DNA of 64,000 bases, from NCBI RefSeq assembly GCF_037042905.1, contig NC_087247.1:10974001-11038000 (forward strand), in the 5' to 3' direction. Position 1 is the first letter of the stretch; each line of letters opens with the position of its first letter. The stretch is from Lytechinus pictus (Eukaryota). Shown here in pieces: positions 25,666-39,489 of the stretch. The position numbers and the translations under genes were made by a program. Below the pieces are notes generated by a model, which had not been told where the DNA came from, made no database searches, and saw only the letters and a program-made list of their open reading frames with translations.

Positions 25666-26137
25666 TTAAAGGGATGGTCTGGGCTGAAAGTATTTATAGC
25701 TTAACAAATAGAGTAGAATTCACTGAGCAAAATGCTGAAAATTTCATCAAAATCAGATAACAAACAACAAAGTTATCGAAGTTTAAAGTTTAGCAATATT
25801 TTGTGAAAACAGTCGTCATGAATATTCATTAGGTGGGCTGATGATGTCACATCTCCACTTTTTGTTTTCTTATGTTATTACATAAAATCATATTTTTTTC
25901 AGTATTTCATACTTGTGTGAATAATATGTCTCTCTTATAATGAAATAAGTTGCAGCAATAAATATCTAATGCACTAAATCAATTGTCAATCCAATTTTTT
26001 TAGTTCTTGGAGGAAAAAAATTGAATAAACCTAATTTCATATAATAAAATACAAAAGAACAAGTGGAGATGTGACCTCAGTGAATTCTACTCTATGTATT
26101 AAGATATAAATATTTTCAGCCCGGACCATCCCTTTAA
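25666..26137. mobile_element. TTAA-flanked Kolobok-like MITE
   Basis: TTAAagggatggtctgggctgaaa / tttcagcccggaccatccctTTAA. Confidence 0.9.
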
Positions 26138-26710
26138 TTGATATTTATAGCAGCACCCTGGCCAAAAAGCACAGCAATATCAATCTTTTTCGCTTTTTTA
26201 ATATCAAATTATCATTAAATACTATCAAACAAAAAAAATCAGATTTGTATAGAATCCTGAATCCATTCAACATGAATTCTCTTAATTCTAAACAGAATCA
26301 AAACTTCCTTTTTCCATAAGAAAGGTAAATTACAAAAAAATGAAGAAAAAATCATAGGAATAGTAGTAAAATTGGAGACAAAATATGTAAGACACAAACT
26401 TGCAAAATGCAAATTTGAATATTCAATTTGAAAAAAAAAATGTCTCTAGATCTATACTGTACTTATATATTTATTAGTAATAAATTTCAATAATAATCAA
26501 TGAAATGAAATACTTTGATTTTGAATTGAAAATATGAATCTCAGAAGGATAAGACAATAACCTAGCTACAACTTAATAAGATAAATTTTTCTCAAAAAAA
26601 TACAAAGTTAATAAAGGTGATAGAGTATAGCACAAGGGACTTACATCACCAAATTGCAATAACATACATATACGATTTCAATCCAATCTGAGATATGAAA
26701 CACAAAACTC

Positions 26711-27248
26711 AGGGTGTGTTCAGTGTCGATTTTCAAATTTAAACAGCAACATGAATCATGATTGAAAACTTGATTAGAAAACACCAAACACAAACATGAT
26801 CAGCAGTGCACTGTTCAGCGTCAAAAATATAAAGCTGTTCATATGTTGATCGATATCTTCTTTAAATTTCCTGCTTTTGTTAGCGCAGCATTGGTGCGCA
26901 GTTTGACCCTTCACAAGAAAGGTCAGTTTTGGGACCTGTTTGTGTAGGCTTCCACTGCGAGAGCAAATTTAAAGACGTTTCAAAACTCAATTTTGTTCAA
27001 TGTCGCATTCGCGATGCTCAAGATCTTTAAATTTAAACTGATCGCGTTTACAAACGCATCTTTTTCGATGTTTAAATTTTCCTCCGAATCATGATTTGAA
27101 AGACGCTCACTTTTAAGACCGGGAATAGAGTACATTGAACACACCCTTTGTTTCTCATTGTAAATTAAATATTCACGTTTTGTAATCACGTTTTCAATCA
27201 TGATTCAAGTTGCCATGTAAATTTGGAAACCGACATTGAACAAACCCT
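26711..27248. mobile_element. MITE with long imperfect TIRs (Harbinger-like)
   Basis: agggtgtgttcagtgtcgattttcaaattt...aatcatgattgaaaac / gttttcaatcatgatt...aaatttggaaaccgacattgaacaaaccct. Confidence 0.8.
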
Positions 27249-28943
27249 TTAATAGCCACTTATTGCAGGGATATCTGTGATTGATTGCATTGAATATTCT
27301 ATGCAATCCGATCGGTCATACTAATTAACTGTACAATTAAATTACTATAGGCTTTGTATTACAGGGCCAGAATCTCCATACATTATAGGACTTCAAATAT
27401 TTCAGTCATTTTCTGACATTCGATCAAAGATGCAGTTCATTCTATTTCCTATTAATTTGATATTATCAATAATATTGATATTTGTATTCATTCTTTCTAA
27501 TCTTGAAATCACTTTCTGTACTTTTTTTTCCTTCCTTGTTAGGGGAGGAATGGGGTATTTCTTTTTCATTTCTACTTATATTTTGCATTTTTGATACAAA
27601 TTTTCATTCATGTCTTTTGGGAATGTTCTGTTATATAGGTTTATAAATTTGTATGTATGAATATCATTAAATTCTTTGACATTTTTATTTTTTTTCATTT
27701 TTAATAACTTCACATAACAATGGCAAGATACAAACTGTTTTGAGAGTATATGAGCAAACTTTCAATTTACCATAAACTTTCTTATTATTCATCCTATTTT
27801 GGTAATAATTATCTACAACCTTATAATTGTTTGACTTCCGCTATTATCATTCAAATCGACTTGATGATGGTGTGGACTTGACCTTTATGAAGAAGTGAGA
27901 CAGGCTCCCAAAAAAGCCTACTTGATCACAGAACTTTTTTTAAGATTAATCACACATATAACCAATAGTAAAAATCAATTCTATGATCAATCGCTATATA
28001 TACACTTTGTGTCACTGCTTCCATGTCAATAATCCTAATACTTGCACAGTGTATAATTGCAATAGAGAACCATACAACACAAATGATTTTTGAAAAATAA
28101 TTTCATATATTGTGCTTCATTTATCCACTTTCAATCTTTCATTTCTGTATTAATACTGCTCCTTCAGATTACAATAGGGAAGAATATTGCATACAATCTC
28201 TCTAATCTGACTGGAAAAAAAAAGAACAGCTAGGGAAATAAATAATTCAATTTTTGCACTTGTTGTTTCTAGTTATCTGGGTCATCGATACTGGCTATCA
28301 GCATTTGACGGTAATAATAATAGAATTAAATTTCCAGGACCTCTGTATTCCCATTCTTTTATCATCTGCTCTTCCTCCCCCCCCCCCCCCCCACCTCTCT
28401 ACATCTGTTTCTCTCTCTCTCTCTCTCTACCTCTTTCCATTTCCCTCCCTCTCTATTGTAAATTACAAAAGGAAATGCGAAGTGAAATACTAGAATATAC
28501 ACAAGGAATCTGTGTTGTGGTTCCAAGTATATCGCGCTCATCAATTATACGTGTTATCGGCACAGATATATGGGTTACTAGGTCACCCAGCCCGATCTCC
28601 ACCATAAATATTGCATGAAGATGTGACCGTTTTATTATCCAACTGATTAGCAGATCTAGCTCAGCTCTGATGATTGCTATTACTGAGACAGTAGAAACTT
28701 ATGAAACAGATAAAAACCATGTACAGTAGAAACGATAGGAATTGAGAAAAGGGGCTTTGGAGGAAACTTTTTCAATCAGCAGACTTACTTTTTCTTTCAA
28801 AGTTATAACAGGTCTGCTGTATATCAAAGTGAAACAATGCTTTTAGTATAGGCCTATATTTTCAACTTTGAAGAATGGAAAAATGATTGATGTTACAATA
28901 GGGGAGGGGGTGCTGCAATATATTTACAGACAACTCCTTTTGT

Positions 28944-29593
28944 GAGGAAGCCATGGTCTAGTGGTTTTGACTCTCATCATTCAATATGAGGGACATGGGT
29001 GTGATTCCCAGCCATGGTATGTTTTCTTGGTTGCATGTTTCTTTAAAGTTGAATTAAGAAGGGGGTGAGTTTCCATAAATATGGGTTCCACACACAATAT
29101 ATAGTATATATCAGTTGTTCAAACAGATAGCATGTCACAAAAATCCTCTGCCTTCTCGATATTTTGCTTTGAAAGTCTATGAAATTAGCCACCTGTCAGA
29201 GCCCGAGAGACGAGTGTACACAAAAATCACTGTGAGTGTGATGTCACCATCAGGAGCGAACTAAGGGAAAATGGGTAAGGATAAATCGTTCAAATTCACT
29301 ATTTTGAAAAAAGAAAATGGGGGGTCGAATCACCTCTTAGTGTTTGGGGGGTTGTAAGGTTGCTATTAATGTAAATATCTCAATATTTGAAATTGTCTTC
29401 TTAATTCAACTTTAAGCAAGAATTTAACCACATTGTGCTGCACTCAGCCCAGGTGAGGTGAATGGGTACCCGGTAGGAAGAATTCCTTGGATACTTGAGC
29501 GCCTATATATAGAGCGCAGCTAAAGCCGGGGTAATAATAGCAGGTATTTGTATCCTCGGCAGGAAGCCCTATGTAAATCCTGCTATTATTATC
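28944..29593 (+). mobile_element. tRNA-derived SINE split by a MITE insertion
   Basis: Head tggtctagtgg...gattcccagcc; body cccaggtgaggtgaatgggtacccgg resumes at 29416; tail taaatcctgctattattatc; uninterrupted relative at 41745-42010. Confidence 0.85.
29043..29415. mobile_element. TTAA-flanked MITE inserted in the SINE
   Basis: TTAAagttgaattaagaag / cttcttaattcaactTTAA. Confidence 0.85.
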
Positions 29594-31496
29594 ATTTATT
29601 AATATAATCAGAAGATCGGAATATAGACGAAAGAAATATAAATGCATTTCAGAACAGTGCACATACCATTTTCCTTGATAACCACTATTATTACAAGCGT
29701 GACAGTCCAGTCTTGGTGGAAATTGAAAAATAATTACAATGGTTTCAGAGTATCGAATATAATTCAGAATGGTTGTAATGATGATAATAGCACATTATGC
29801 AGTATTGTCTGCTTTTCATTATATGTATACAAACATGTATTTCTATAATGGATCCTTCAATAAATGAACAGTAAAATGACCTACTTCTCTACAGGTGAAC
29901 CTGAAAATGGAGCCATACCGCAGTACTTTGAAGGCAATTTTCTCTTCAAACTCATGAATAAACGATAGGAGATAGAGATTATCTTGCGATTCTAAGCAGT
30001 CAGCGTTCTGCCTTTGTCAACAACAAAGCGGTCGACTGACCTACATTTTCAGAGATGACTGACAGCTAAGAAGTACGTCCGAGCAACTATAGAATTCGAA
30101 GATACGTTTTTGCATTTTTTCATAATTCCAGTCATTTTTTTTTCTCTCTTGAACAGCTCTGCTGAATCAGAAGGATATACATGTAGTGTGCCTGCTCGTG
30201 GAGTTATTCTGCTAACTCCATACTGTTAACCTTTTTAATTAAGAACATCGATTGTTAGAGAAATGGATAAGAAAGGGTTATTCATAATGACGGTTGTTCT
30301 TTTGCAATCACACAAGGTTACATAAACCGTAATTAAATCACAATTTCTTTGATTTTACCATTTCAGTTGTATCATTAAGAATTGCTTTTGTTTATTTTTC
30401 ATTCTATAACATTTTGTTGAAATGCGCATGTTTCATTAGATAATTTATTTTCCCAACTTTAGTATTTATTATGAATGCAGAATAAAATATTAAAAAACTG
30501 TAAAAATGTAATATATAGCTTTAATTGACATGATATATAAGCTAGTTGCATATATGCCTCTAGGAAATAAGAACAATATACAGCTTTCATTTATTAAAGC
30601 TGCATAATGTTCCTATTTCCTACAGGCTTATTAACAAACTATAATGGACTCTCCCCAAATATGCATAGAGTTATAAAAAGGGAATTTGACATGCCGTCCC
30701 CTTCGCCCCCACCTTGCAGAAGTAGGATCAAATCCAGCGAAATGAACAAGCTGATGGCATTTACACATGTAAAACACTAATTGAGTTTCCTTTTACTACA
30801 TGCATATAAGTCACATCATGCCTATGTGCCTATTTACGGTTTGACAAGAGAATACTTTTGGTGACTTTTTCGGGCCATCAGTAAAAAAAAATCGACTTTT
30901 ACTCGGGAGACAAATTTAATTTATTACAGGCCCTTCAGAAGTCACTGTCATGTTCAATTTCCGAGGGCAGTGTGTAGGTGTATAATGTCTATGGGAGTTT
31001 GAGATGCGGTTGTAACGAACGTCCAACAGTCTGGAATAGATCAGCATATGACCGTGTCCAAAGCTAATCTTACATGTTGTTGGGTATCACTATCAGGAAA
31101 AATGCATTCGAAAGGCAGATGTAGATTCCTAAAGCATGCTGACAATCTACAAATGAAATTATTTTTAGCACAACAGTTTCCAAACTATCCATTATAAGCT
31201 CACAAATATTCCAAGATGCATGTGCACATCATACAGTTAAGTCTGCATAAGTGTCTAGAAGTTGAATTTTTTAAAGTAAAATGTCAAAGCTGCAGACCAG
31301 ATTATGTAATATGTGTTATTCAAAGTCTAATTTCACCAAAGTCAGACAGATTTCATACATACCGTATATCAGGTTTACGGAAGAATACATTTGAAAGGTA
31401 GATTTCCAAAGATGTGCTGTCAATGTACAAATTAATTACATTTTGAAAAAGAAATGCCCAATCTAAAATATGCATTTTAAGGTAAATAAGATATAA

Positions 31497-32107
31497 AGCT
31501 AGGGTTACACCCGAACCGAATCAGCTGCGAATCCATCCGAATACACGTAATCAGGTGTTTTGGGGAGTATTCTGTTCTCCTTCCGCGAATGGGAGAAAAT
31601 TTGGGAGGGATTCTGTAACATTCGTGGAGGAATTCAGCCTAATACCCTCCAAAATACTCCCCAATGTGACCACAACGAACCCCATTCGGCCCCATATGGG
31701 ATGACATTCGGTTGGATTAGGGGAGGCATTTTGGAGTATTCTGGGCAGATTCGGACCTATTCGTATCATTCGGGGGTCCGAACTCAGCACATTTGGCCAC
31801 ATTCATTCCAATTCGGGTCAACAATCAGCTGTAATCAGAGCAATTAGGTCACATTCGGCTTGAATCTGGCTCGATTCTTGCTACTATTCGGGTGGCATTC
31901 GGCTTTATTCAGGATGGCTAGTATAGATTCAGGTCAATTCTTGGCGCTTCTGAGCTGAATCAGGACCCATTCGTCTCTATTCAGGGAGCTTCCCGAATCA
32001 GACATGAATAGGTTCCGAAACCACCAAATCCATCCGAATCAGGCCATATTTGGGCAGAATCGGTCAGAATTCATTCAGGAGAATCCGTTTTTTTCGTAAC
32101 CCTAGCT
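31497..32107. mobile_element. Non-autonomous TIR element rich in GAAT/ATTC motifs (Harbinger-like)
   Basis: TIR agctagggttac / gtaaccctagct; flanks TAA/TAT. Confidence 0.8.
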
Positions 32108-32512
32108 TATTAAATGTACTTATATAAATTAGCCACTATCGGTTCTCTTTTCTGGGGGTGTTTTAAAAACATTCAATCAGTACTGAACACCTTTTCAAAC
32201 ATAGAAAACCAATTGCTGGACCCCACTACATAGAGCTTTATAGCATCTAATGAAATACTCAAGTTTTATGGTTGAATTTCTGTAATCATCAAGGATATGT
32301 AAAGAATATATGATAAGGATTTATTCAGAGCCCATTAAGACTATGGCGCCTAGGGATGCCATTTATTCCCATTTTTGCAGTATTTTGTAATAGTACATTC
32401 TAATATACAATTTCTCCCATAGCACTTGTTTTTGGTGGTTTTCTACATACTCAGATATTTAAACTAAGCCATCTAGGGGCATATCTCTCATACAAGCATG
32501 GCAAGCCCCTCC

Positions 32513-32575
32513 TAGTCTGCAAGCATAATCTCATATTTGACACTTTAACCAATAACCGGTCTAGAGTGGAGACTA
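32513..32575 (-). mobile_element. ~63-bp TAGTCT...AGACTA mini-element, diverged
   Basis: Same termini and length as the 51420 and 61041 copies; its reverse complement resembles them internally. Confidence 0.5.
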
Positions 32576-32604
32576 GATGCCAAAGGCTCTAATTTAGAAT
32601 AGGG

Positions 32605-32937
32605 TTAAAGGTAAACGAAAGTAGTCGCAGTAAACGAAAGTAGTCGCAGCAAACGATTTTTTCATGAGAAAGTCTCAAGGTAAACAAATCAAGGTAAACT
32701 GCCACCATGATTTTGATGATCAGTAACACAAAAGGGCATGTGTGAAACAGTGTAGGAAAATTGACATTTTATGGAATTCTGTGCTTATTTTGCTAATTTC
32801 TCAGCAATTTACACATTTCTTCCAGAGTCATTTGGCACATATTTTTTAATCATACATACAAATACTTGGGCAGTCATTTTATTGGATATGTTCGAATTTA
32901 TTTTGAGATCGTTACCGCAACGGGTATTTATCTTTAA
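32605..32937. mobile_element. TTAA-flanked Kolobok-like MITE (family of 8187-8588)
   Basis: TTAAaggtaaa...tttatctTTAA; shared tttggcacatattttt and tgagaaagtct; internal 20-bp tandem duplication. Confidence 0.75.
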
Positions 32938-33554
32938 ACCTAGGTTTAATTAAAATCAGAATACCGCCCAATGGGTTTAGCCTGAGTTATCACACTATCT
33001 GAGAATTAGTGACTGAACTGTTTGTACACCAAGTGAACATAAAAAATCAACAACAAGAACATTCATATGGAACATACAAACATTCATATGGAACATCACC
33101 AACAGAGAAGAGTACATAGAATATAGATTGCAGTGGTTTCTTCGTGGAGAAGACAATCGCTCTGGATGTCGTCAACGCCATGATCTGTTTTCCCAATTAT
33201 GCTCTCTTCATCTGACCGACTTCCTTCATGCTCCAGATAATGATATGATACCATGACGATGGGGGGAAAACAAAGGAGGAAAGCATGCCTGCATGACATG
33301 AGGCATTACAGACTTTGCAAACACCCCCCCCCCAAAAAAAAAAAAAAGAAGCTATATTCAGTGTATTCAGACCAGTTTATTTTAAATCAAGAATCATGTA
33401 TAGATGAGTTGGGAATGTTTTCTCTAAAAAATATATATCTGGAGATACATGTAGGTCATACAGAGGAATTCAAACACTGACTTATATATATATATATAAA
33501 GGATTTCTGATCAAGTCATGTTATCTAACTCATAGTTTATAAAATAATCATCAC

Positions 33555-34189
33555 CAGGCGCGGATCCAGGAGGGGGCCGAGCCGGCCCCGGCCCCCCCTA
33601 TTTTTTGGCAACCTGCAGAAAAAAGTGTACTCTGTAACTTGATAGAAACGATGAAAGACAGAAAGAAAAGTAAGAAAGAGGTATTATACCCATGATGTGT
33701 AATTTACAGCCTCATACAGCCGGCCCGACCCGAAAGGAAACAAGAAAAAGGTGAGGGGAAGAATAGGAAAATATAATATATATTAAAAAAATCCGCTCGC
33801 GCTTCGCACACTCATTATTTAATTGGTGATAGTTGTATCCTCTTCATTAATCACTAAAAAATTCCTAATTGAGTCCCTTTTCGCGTTAATATATTAAAAT
33901 TTAGACTCGCGCTTCGCGCTCGCATTGTTTAGTTGGATTCTTATCTTTCTTCATGATTATAAAAACTGCTCAGAATCTTCAGGTCTAAGGACATAAAATA
34001 TCAAAGAATTTGAGCTCGCGCTCGCGTATTATATTAAGACCACATGAGATACCTTAAACTTCAGTCTTTAGTTAGGACTACCCCCTGAAAAACCAAAAAA
34101 AAAATCAGATAATAGCGGCCAATCGAGAAAAATGTTGATGAAAATATTTTTTCGGCCCCCCCTATTGGCGAAAGCTGGATCCGCCCCTG
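33555..34189. mobile_element. hAT-like non-autonomous element
   Basis: TIR caggcgcggatccag / ctggatccgcccctg; ATCAC on both flanks (or an 8-bp TSD with 2 mismatches); internal ctcgcgcttcgc-type motif x3. Confidence 0.85.
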
Positions 34190-34988
34190 ATCACCCCCTT
34201 GTTTAGTTCTTTAAAAGTTGCTTTAAAACTTGTGTTCTTATCAAAGAGTGAAGTATGAAAAAGTGCTTCTATTTATAAATAATTTTTTTTTATTAAGGTA
34301 GAATGAATTGTGCAAAGATATATTTGCCAAAATTATCTGAAATATCCCACTGGTCTGAAAATATGATAATACTCACAAAGTACAACTAGGAGACTCTAAA
34401 CACAGAGAATAAAATGAAATGTTTTCTATACTGTAATATTCAGTTATTCCCCTGCAACCTTTAACATTTTATGTAATAACATACTGCTAATTTCTGCATA
34501 GCAATAAAGCCTTTTCCACCATCTGTTTCGCTCCATCCCATTTCTCTATAGTAGGCTATTTACAATAAGATCTGGTTTATGAGTCCTTGATAGCCCCACC
34601 TTGTGAACAGCACATCTGATACACCATATAGAACCAAAACATCAGAAACAATATAGCCAGCTGCATGTATTTCAATGAAATGCACAACACAATCCAACGT
34701 AAAGTATTATATTCATAATGCCATTACGCAAATAGCACTTGAATTGGCCCATAAATGATATCCTGTCCTTTTTTTACACTCTAATGATACAGTATTGTTT
34801 CAAGATTATGATTTGTACATAAGTTGTCACTTTCTACAGAATATCTCATATGATGTTTTCCTTCAGCAAGAAATTTATCCATGTTGTGCTGCACTGATTA
34901 ACCCAGATGTATGAAGCTACTGCATGGAAATCCTCGTTTTTTTTTAAATTCTATTAAAACATGCACACAAGAAATCCATTTGCGCTTG

Positions 34989-35189
34989 TAGGGACAGTGA
35001 TTTTCCGTTTTACCCGTAAATAAAATAGAAATTCCTTTTGGTTCTTATACTTTCATGAATGTAAAAATTCATGGAATTCAGGTTTTTGCTGTGTAAATGT
35101 ACACTTTCAGTGTCAAAACGGAATTTCAATTTTTAGATCAAGTTGAAACGGAAAAGGCCATGTTTTTAAATGGGAAATCACTGTCTCTA
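34989..35189. mobile_element. MITE with TAGGG ends (hAT-like)
   Basis: tagggacagtgattt / aaatcactgtctcta. Confidence 0.8.
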
Positions 35190-35534
35190 TGCTTGCTGTA
35201 CCACAATACCAGGAACATGTGTGACGAAAGATTATGAACCCAAAGCTATAAACCTAAATCCTTAATCAATTACACCAATCAATGACACAGAAAGCTGTCT
35301 AGTTCAAGGCAATTTTCAGCTAAATTACAGACAATTTGTAATGTATTCTGCACCTGTCATTTAAGTATCCATCCAAAATTACTTCATGTGTATACAGTTT
35401 ATGTTGTATTTTATCATCCAATAATTTCAACTTTTGAGAATAGAACATGATAATAATCCTTTCAAATACTTTTATCATATCTACTGTATAATGATAAAGC
35501 CCAACTCTTAATGAAAATCTAAAGATAATACTAC

Positions 35535-35772
35535 TCTCTAAATTTCAGGGATTTAAAATAAATCCAGATCGGCTCTGAATAGGGATTAGCTGAAAATTTG
35601 ATTTATTTTCAATCGTAATTATTAACTTCTAATTTTTTTTAAAGATTTTGATTAACTTTAAAAAAAACTAGATTTGAATTCAAATCCACAAGGTTTAAGT
35701 CTAAATCCAATGTTCATCTGGTCCCTATTCACAGCTGATCTGGATTTATTTCAAATCCTTGAAAGTTAGTGT
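35535..35772. mobile_element. MITE with ~55-bp imperfect TIRs
   Basis: ggatttaaaataaatccagatcggctctgaataggga / tccctattcacagctgatctggatttatttcaaatcc. Confidence 0.8.
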
Positions 35773-35979
35773 ATTTATCTCATTTATTTCCACTTTTTAT
35801 TCCACAGGGTAGCCTCTTCGGTTGACAAACTGCTATTACTCTATCAATTGTAAAGTCAGGCATAACTTAAGAACAGCTTTATGAAAGCAAAACTGTTTCA
35901 GTTGAAGCTTCATTTGTGAAACTTCAAATTGATGATATGACATCAGTATTTCATCCTGCATTAAACAGAAGCTACATGT

Positions 35980-37300
35980 CCAAAGCGCTATCTCTTCCAT
36001 AGCTAAACGTTAAAAGGATGAAGCCACAGAGAGAGAGGTTGAGAGAGGAGAAAAGAAGTGTAAAGGCATCGCAAGACAGATGTAGTAATTAGTACGGTTC
36101 ATTAATGATACAACATCAGTATATAATAACTCCATACCACATCAATAAGAAATTAAACATCCCAAGCGCTGTCTCTTCCATAGCTAAACGTTAAAAGGAT
36201 GAAGCCACACAGAGAGGTTGAGAGAGGAAGAGACAAACGTAAGGGTATTGCAAGAGAGATGTAGTAATTAGTAAGGTTCATTAATGATACAACATCAGTA
36301 TATAACAACTCCATACCACATCAATAAGAAGTTAAATATCCCAAGCACTGTCCCTTTTATAGTTCAACGTTAAAAGGGCGAAGCCACAGAGAGGGAGGGA
36401 GAGAGAAAGCGTAAGGGCATCGCAAGAGAGATGGAGTAATCAGTAAGGTTCATTAATGACACAACATCAGTATATAATAACTCCACACCACATCAATAAG
36501 AAGTTAAACATCCCAAGCACTGTCTCTTTTATAGCTCAACGTTAAAAGGGCGAAACCACAAAGAGGGAGAGAGAGCGAGAGAAGCACAAGGGCATCGCAA
36601 GAAAGATAGAGTAATTAGTAAGGTTCATTAATGATACAACATCAGTATATAATAACTCCACACCACATCAATAAGAAGTTAAACATCCCAAGCACTGTCT
36701 CTTTTATAGCTCAACGTTAAAAGGGCGAAACCACAAAGAGGGAGAGAGAGCGAGAGAAGCACAAGGGCATCGCAAGAAAGATAGAGTAATTAGTAAGGTT
36801 CATTAATGATACAACATCAGTATATAATAACTCCACACCACATCAATAAGAAGTTAAACATCCCAAGCACTGTCTCTTTTATAGCTCAACGTTAAAAGGG
36901 CGAAACCACAAAGAGGGAGAGAGAGCGAGAGAAGCACAAGGGCATCGCAAGAAAGATAGAGTAATTAGTAAGGTTCATTAATGATACAACATCAGTATAT
37001 AATAACTCCATACCACATCAATAAGAAGTTAAATATCCCAAGCACTGTCTCTTTTATAGTTTAACGTTAAAAGGGCTAAACCACACAGAGGGAGAGAGAG
37101 AGAGAGAAGCACAAGGGCATCGCAAGAAAGATAGAGTAATTAGTAAGGTTCATTAATGATACAATATCAGTATATAGTCATTCCATACCACATTAAAATT
37201 AAACAAGCAAAGCACTATCTGTTTTATATTTCAAGTTACGTTAAAAGGGCAAAGCCACAGCTAGAGAGAAAGCGGAAGGGCATCGCAAGAGAGATAGAGG
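35980..37300. repeat. Tandem array, ~172-182 bp unit, ~7.5 copies
   Basis: ccaagcactgtctcttttatagctcaacgttaaaagggcg...aggttcattaatgatacaacatcagtatat units at ~35980, 36162, 36341, 36513, 36688, 36863, 37038, 37208. Confidence 0.95.
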
Positions 37301-38099
37301 ATGAATATAGAACATCAACAAGATACAAAAGGGAAGAAATGGGTGAAGGTCATGGACTATTGATCTAACGATCTTCAGACCAGTAATGAAAATAACAGTA
37401 TTTCTGTTATTCCATCCAACTATACCATTCGTGTACATGATAAAGAGCTTACCCAACCCTGTCTTTCCTCTCCTAAATATAAAAGTTCACTTGCCCTCGC
37501 AGACACCATATTTCTTCCCAGAAAACTAGATTTGATTTTTTAAATGTATGTTCCTTGTATTCATATTCTTATTTCAAATTGATCCTTGATTATAAAAGTC
37601 ATTGAGATAAAATGAAATGAGGCAAGATATGAATACTAAAAATTTATGTATGTTGAATTTAGAAAATGAATACCAAGCTGGATGTGTACATTCATCTTGA
37701 AATCAAATGTAAATTTAAATAATTCCTCAATATTCAAGTTGAAAATTGTTAAGGAGAATTTATAAAAAGCCTTCTCGAACAAAATATGGTTATTGGTTAC
37801 GAATAAACTTGATATCAAACATGATACCGACTGATGTATAATGATATACGCTGGTTTTCTTTTGAGTGGAGCAGTTCCGGTTGGTACATCTATCTAAAAA
37901 CTAAACACAAGGTGCGAAATTCATATTGACAGTGTACATAGAAGAAGTATGCCACAAAATAAACAGCAGACGTTGAAACAGGGCAAACACAGTGCACTAC
38001 CAGTGCAATTACTAAAAACAAATGTTCATAATGTTTTTCATCTTCCTCCCAGTGGCTCTCATCTCTCTATTCCAATATCTTCTTTCTCTTTTTCCGCCT

Positions 38100-38300
38100 C
38101 TCCATCATTCCATGTTGTATATCTATATATCCATCCATTCATCTATCTATCTTTCTATCTTCCTATCTATCTATCTATCCATCCATCTATCCATCCACCC
38201 ATCCATATTTTTATTCATCTATATACCTATATCTATATTGGTCTATCTATTTATCTATCCAGCTATCTATCTATCTATCTTCATGTATACATATATCTCT
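38100..38300. repeat. Compound (CTAT)n/(CCAT)n microsatellite
   Basis: Visible directly in the sequence. Confidence 0.9.
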
Positions 38301-39006
38301 TTATCTTCTCCATGTATAAATTACCTGACTCTCTCCCTCTATCTACCATGCATGCATCTACAATCTTTATACCGATTCAAGTTTTATGCTTATTTTATAA
38401 TTATTCATCACTCCAAATAATTGAAGTTGCTTTTCCTATTATCCCATGTCTGCTCATTAGTCATCGTTAATAAAATATCACCCCATCATTTTCTTTATAC
38501 TTTGCATTTTGTAAACTATGTTATAATCTGAGAGAAAAATAAAATGAAACTTGACTATTGATGCTGGGTAAAGGAAATCACCTATGTATATATACACCTG
38601 GGACCAATTTCATAAAAAGTTAAAACTATGGCAAGTGTCAAGTTTCCATTAATGTAACTACCATTGTGATTCGCTGCTGAGCCGTGTTGGTAGTTGCTAT
38701 ATAGCCATTATATCATAATGGCAAAGTTACTATGATTGTAAGACTTCATGAAAAAAGCTCTAGATATGATTCCACGTCCCTTCATTACGGTTTTAGAAAG
38801 GGGTTAACGACGGTGGCTCCTTTGTGAGCACAACATCGGCATCACACACAAAAACAAAAACTTTGCTTCGTCTGGAAAGGAAGGGGAGCGGAAGAAGGGC
38901 TGAGCAAGTATAGTTTCCTCCAGGTGGTAAAAATAGATCACATGTGAAAGTTATTGGCATACTTTTGATGGAACTTTATTGTCAAAACATGGTCGTGGAT
39001 TGCTTA

Positions 39007-39208
39007 TATGCCCCGTTCCCACCGTCGTCGTGTGATCCCTTACGGATGCCACGATTCTGAATATGGTGAACCTATCGAAAATTTTCTACGATCAATACGA
39101 TTGCCACAGCTGATTTTGATACGATCTGATACGATTACTACGATTATTCCACAATTAAGACCACAATTTCAATCGTGACATAAATCATGACAGGGTGAAC
39201 TCGGTATT
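39007..39208. mobile_element. Degenerate MITE with internal ACGAT motifs
   Basis: tatgccccgttcccaccgtc / gacagggtgaactcggtatta imperfect TIR. Confidence 0.5.
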
Positions 39209-39489
39209 AAAGGAGGATTTAATGAGACACTTGGACAGGTAGCCGTAGGGAGGTGTATGTGTGGGGGTGATCAAGTTTTACAGACATGCATTAATCAGAT
39301 GTGATTATGTACGTCTGGGGCTTCGAACTTTAATGTCATTATTGGAAAGACATGACTAGGGCTTGAACCTCTAACCTCTGAAACGTTACCTTCCCCATGT
39401 TGCTTGGATTACGGGTGCACTCCACAATGCACAGTTACAGTTTCCTTGAAGTTTTCATTTTAAAAAAACAATAAGGCGATCCAACAAAC

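Noticed and set aside
29895-30072. Plus-strand exon-like segment (ttctctacag| ... |gtacgt)
   Set aside because: In-frame stops, no partner exons, and opposite to the inferred transcription direction
35980-37300. CRISPR-like appearance of regular repeats (also 14772-15665 and 6505-7506)
   Set aside because: Whole units repeat with no unique spacers, there are no cas genes, and the context is eukaryotic
37949-38470. 173-aa and 132-aa ORFs
   Set aside because: Derived from the (CTAT/CCAT)n microsatellite
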